A stretch of 63,879 nt of DNA, taken from positions 1-63,879 of the forward strand of contig JAJYVY010000001.1 in NCBI GenBank assembly GCA_021791775.1, in the 5' to 3' direction. Positions 62,203 to 63,879 of this stretch are shown piece by piece (the first letter of the stretch is position 1; each line of letters starts with the position of its first letter). The stretch comes from Candidatus Micrarchaeota archaeon (GTDB taxonomy: Archaea; Micrarchaeota; Micrarchaeia; Micrarchaeales; Micrarchaeaceae). A model generated the notes under the pieces. That model was given only the letters and a program-made list of their open reading frames with translations, ran no database searches and had not been told where the DNA came from. Position numbers and translations under genes: made by a program.

Positions 62203-63879
62203 ATGGTGGCAGAAAACGAAAATGAGCTCCTAGGATACGCCGATGAAGAGTACAAGGAACGCTATGGCTTCAGCGACAAGACCGAGTATGCATATAAAAC
62301 TGAGAAAGGCCTATCTGAAAATGTAGTAAGGGAAATATCCAAGATAAAGGGAGAGCCCGATTGGATGCTGGAGAAGAGGCTGACCGGCTATAAAGTCTTC
62401 AAGAATAAGCCGGTTCCTACTTGGGGAGCTGACCTCAGCGGGATAGACTTTGACGATGTATACTACTACCTTAAGCCAGGTGGCAAGAAGGAGGATTCCT
62501 GGGACAAGGTACCGGAGGATATAAAGCGGACGTTCGATAAGCTGGGAATACCAGAAGCTGAAAGGAAATTTTTCTCTGGCGCAGAGATACAATACGATTC
62601 GGAGGTGGTATATGGCCATGTGAGAGAGGAGCTTGAGAAGCAGGGTGTCATCTTCACAGATACGGATAGCGCGATAAGGAAGTACCCTGAGCTCGTTAAG
62701 AAGTATTTCGGAACCGTTATACCACCTACAGACAACAAGTTCGCGGCTTTGAATACCGCCGTATTTTCAGGAGGAAGTTTTATTTATGTGCCGAAAGGAG
62801 TGAAAGTTGCGATGCCTTTGCAGGCCTACTTCAGGATAAACGCAGAGAAAGCTGGTCAGTTCGAAAGGACGCTGATTATAGCGGATGAAGGTGCCGATGT
62901 GACGTACATTGAAGGATGCCTACCTGCTGATGAGCTTGTTAGCAGAGGCGATACTCTCCAGAGGATAGATACAATAAAGAAAGGGGATGCCGTACCCACA
63001 CATACAGGCCGCATGCAAAGCGTAAATAGGACTTTCGTTCATCCACATAGAGGAGAGCTGCTAGAGATATTGCCATTATCAAAAGGTAATGGATTTAAGC
63101 TGACTGGCGAACACCCGGTTCTGTGCATAAAGCGCAACAAAGTAATTGTAAAAAGGCAACTGAGAAGGAATTGGAAGCCAGAAGTATCTACAACGGCCTT
63201 ACTAAAAGCCAATGCAGAATTTGTTAAGGCAGCGGATTTAGAAGAAGGAGACTTTATCGTTTATGTGGCTCCTACGGTTATTTCAGATGATCCGCAATTC
63301 GATGAAACAGCGCTAAAGATACTTGGCCTTTATCTCGCAGAAGGCTCTGTGAGTGCAAATAAGGCATTGCGTGGAATTAAAATGGTGTCATTCAGCTTTG
63401 GTAAGAGTAAGAAGGAGGGGATGCTGGCTAATGAATTAAATTCGCTCATAGAGGAGAAGGGTTGGAAATCAAGCATTTGCAGATCTAAAGATGGCTATTA
63501 CATAGTAAGTTCGTACGCTAAAGAGCTCATAAGGCTTTGCGAAGATGATTGTGGGAGGGGCGCCAAGACAAAATTACTTTCACAAAAATTGATGAAACTG
63601 CCACCCTGGAAGCAAAAGATATTGCTGGACTACTACTGGAAGGGAGACGGTAGCGTTTACATTAGATTCGGCAAGAAACTCATGCGTGCGTCAACTGCTA
63701 GCAGATTTTTAGCATATCAGGTGCAGGAGATTCTTGCTAGGAACGGGATATTTGCAAATTTGAATGTCAGGAAGGGATCCGTGGATACAATTCTGGGAAG
63801 GAAAATCAAAAGAAGCGATCAGTACATAATAGAATACACAGAAGGAAAAGAGACGGGCGAAGTTAGAAGGAACGGCAAC
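62203..63879 (+). CDS. sufB: Fe-S cluster assembly protein SufB, partial (runs off the right edge), interrupted by an intein
   Basis: Not in the ORF track. I translated from ATG 62203 in one open frame to the window end. The first 238 aa are typical SufB ([23 protein letters not shown] ... [18 protein letters not shown]). The frame then switches to intein sequence at the conserved YIEGC(T/S)AP site. Confidence 0.9.
   Translation, partial: MVAENENELLGYADEEYKERYGFSDKTEYAYKTEKGLSENVVREISKIKGEPDWMLEKRLTGYKVFKNKPVPTWGADLSGIDFDDVYYYLKPGGKKEDSWDKVPEDIKRTFDKLGIPEAERKFFSGAEIQYDSEVVYGHVREELEKQGVIFTDTDSAIRKYPELVKKYFGTVIPPTDNKFAALNTAVFSGGSFIYVPKGVKVAMPLQAYFRINAEKAGQFERTLIIADEGADVTYIEGCLPADELVSRGDTLQRIDTIKKGDAVPTHTGRMQSVNRTFVHPHRGELLEILPLSKGNGFKLTGEHPVLCIKRNKVIVKRQLRRNWKPEVSTTALLKANAEFVKAADLEEGDFIVYVAPTVISDDPQFDETALKILGLYLAEGSVSANKALRGIKMVSFSFGKSKKEGMLANELNSLIEEKGWKSSICRSKDGYYIVSSYAKELIRLCEDDCGRGAKTKLLSQKLMKLPPWKQKILLDYYWKGDGSVYIRFGKKLMRASTASRFLAYQVQEILARNGIFANLNVRKGSVDTILGRKIKRSDQYIIEYTEGKETGEVRRNGN
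62917..63879 (+). mobile_element. Intein (partial) with LAGLIDADG homing-endonuclease domain inserted in sufB
   Basis: It begins with Cys1 ([12 protein letters not shown], block A) and has block B (LTGEHPVL) and two LAGLIDADG motifs ([13 protein letters not shown] and [12 protein letters not shown]). 321 aa are visible. The C-terminal splice junction lies beyond the window. Confidence 0.85.

Noticed and set aside
62311-62738. Two minus-strand ORFs (102 aa and 90 aa)
   Set aside because: They are antisense to the clearly recognisable SufB N-extein.

Overview
The window is a gene-dense (roughly 90% coding) archaeal chromosome segment. Archaeal hallmarks are PolD (DP1+DP2), RNA polymerase subunits D/N/K/L, e-type ribosomal proteins, aEF-2, and ether-lipid genes (a UbiA-type DGGGP synthase-like gene, a geranylgeranyl reductase family gene, CarS). 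About 80 protein genes and 3 tRNA genes can be supported. I saw no rRNA genes, CRISPR arrays, transposases or integrases.

Main blocks:
- A fragment of the alpha operon: rpoD, tRNA-Leu, L18e, L13, S9, rpoN, tRNA-Pro, S2.
- An spc-type ribosomal operon: Rpp29, S17, L14, L24, S4e, L5, S14, S8, L6, L32e, L19e, L18, S5. It runs directly into csl4-rpoL-DUF99 instead of L30-L15-secY.
- A replication and repair-rich stretch: nuclease, RNase HII, class II RNR, FEN1, UPF0147-PolD DP1-DP2, PolX.
- The L7Ae-S28e-L24e trio and an L30e-S12-S7-EF2 cluster without nusA.
- SMC, and a membrane-lipid neighbourhood.
- A sufB gene at the right edge, interrupted by a LAGLIDADG intein.

Most notable observations:
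- Two tRNAs appear to carry short insertions at non-canonical positions (T-loop of tRNA-Pro, D-loop of tRNA-Leu-UAA). A third has a canonical 37/38 intron.
- The SufB intein.
- A T7-endonuclease-I/TnsA-like PD-(D/E)xK nuclease next to RNase HII.
- A tiny, very basic protein built from a duplicated ~35-aa module.
- A 39-aa eL41-like ORF missing from the ORF track.
- Recurrent charged low-complexity extensions on ribosomal proteins.
- A CDP-alcohol phosphatidyltransferase-like protein with a ~32-aa insertion inside its signature motif.

The compactness, broken ribosomal superoperons and odd tRNA introns resemble small-genome archaea (DPANN/Micrarchaeota-like or Thermoplasmata-related). That taxonomic guess is inference only.

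All calls come from reading the translations and sequence by eye. No searches were run. I did not find a clear multi-gene novel system.
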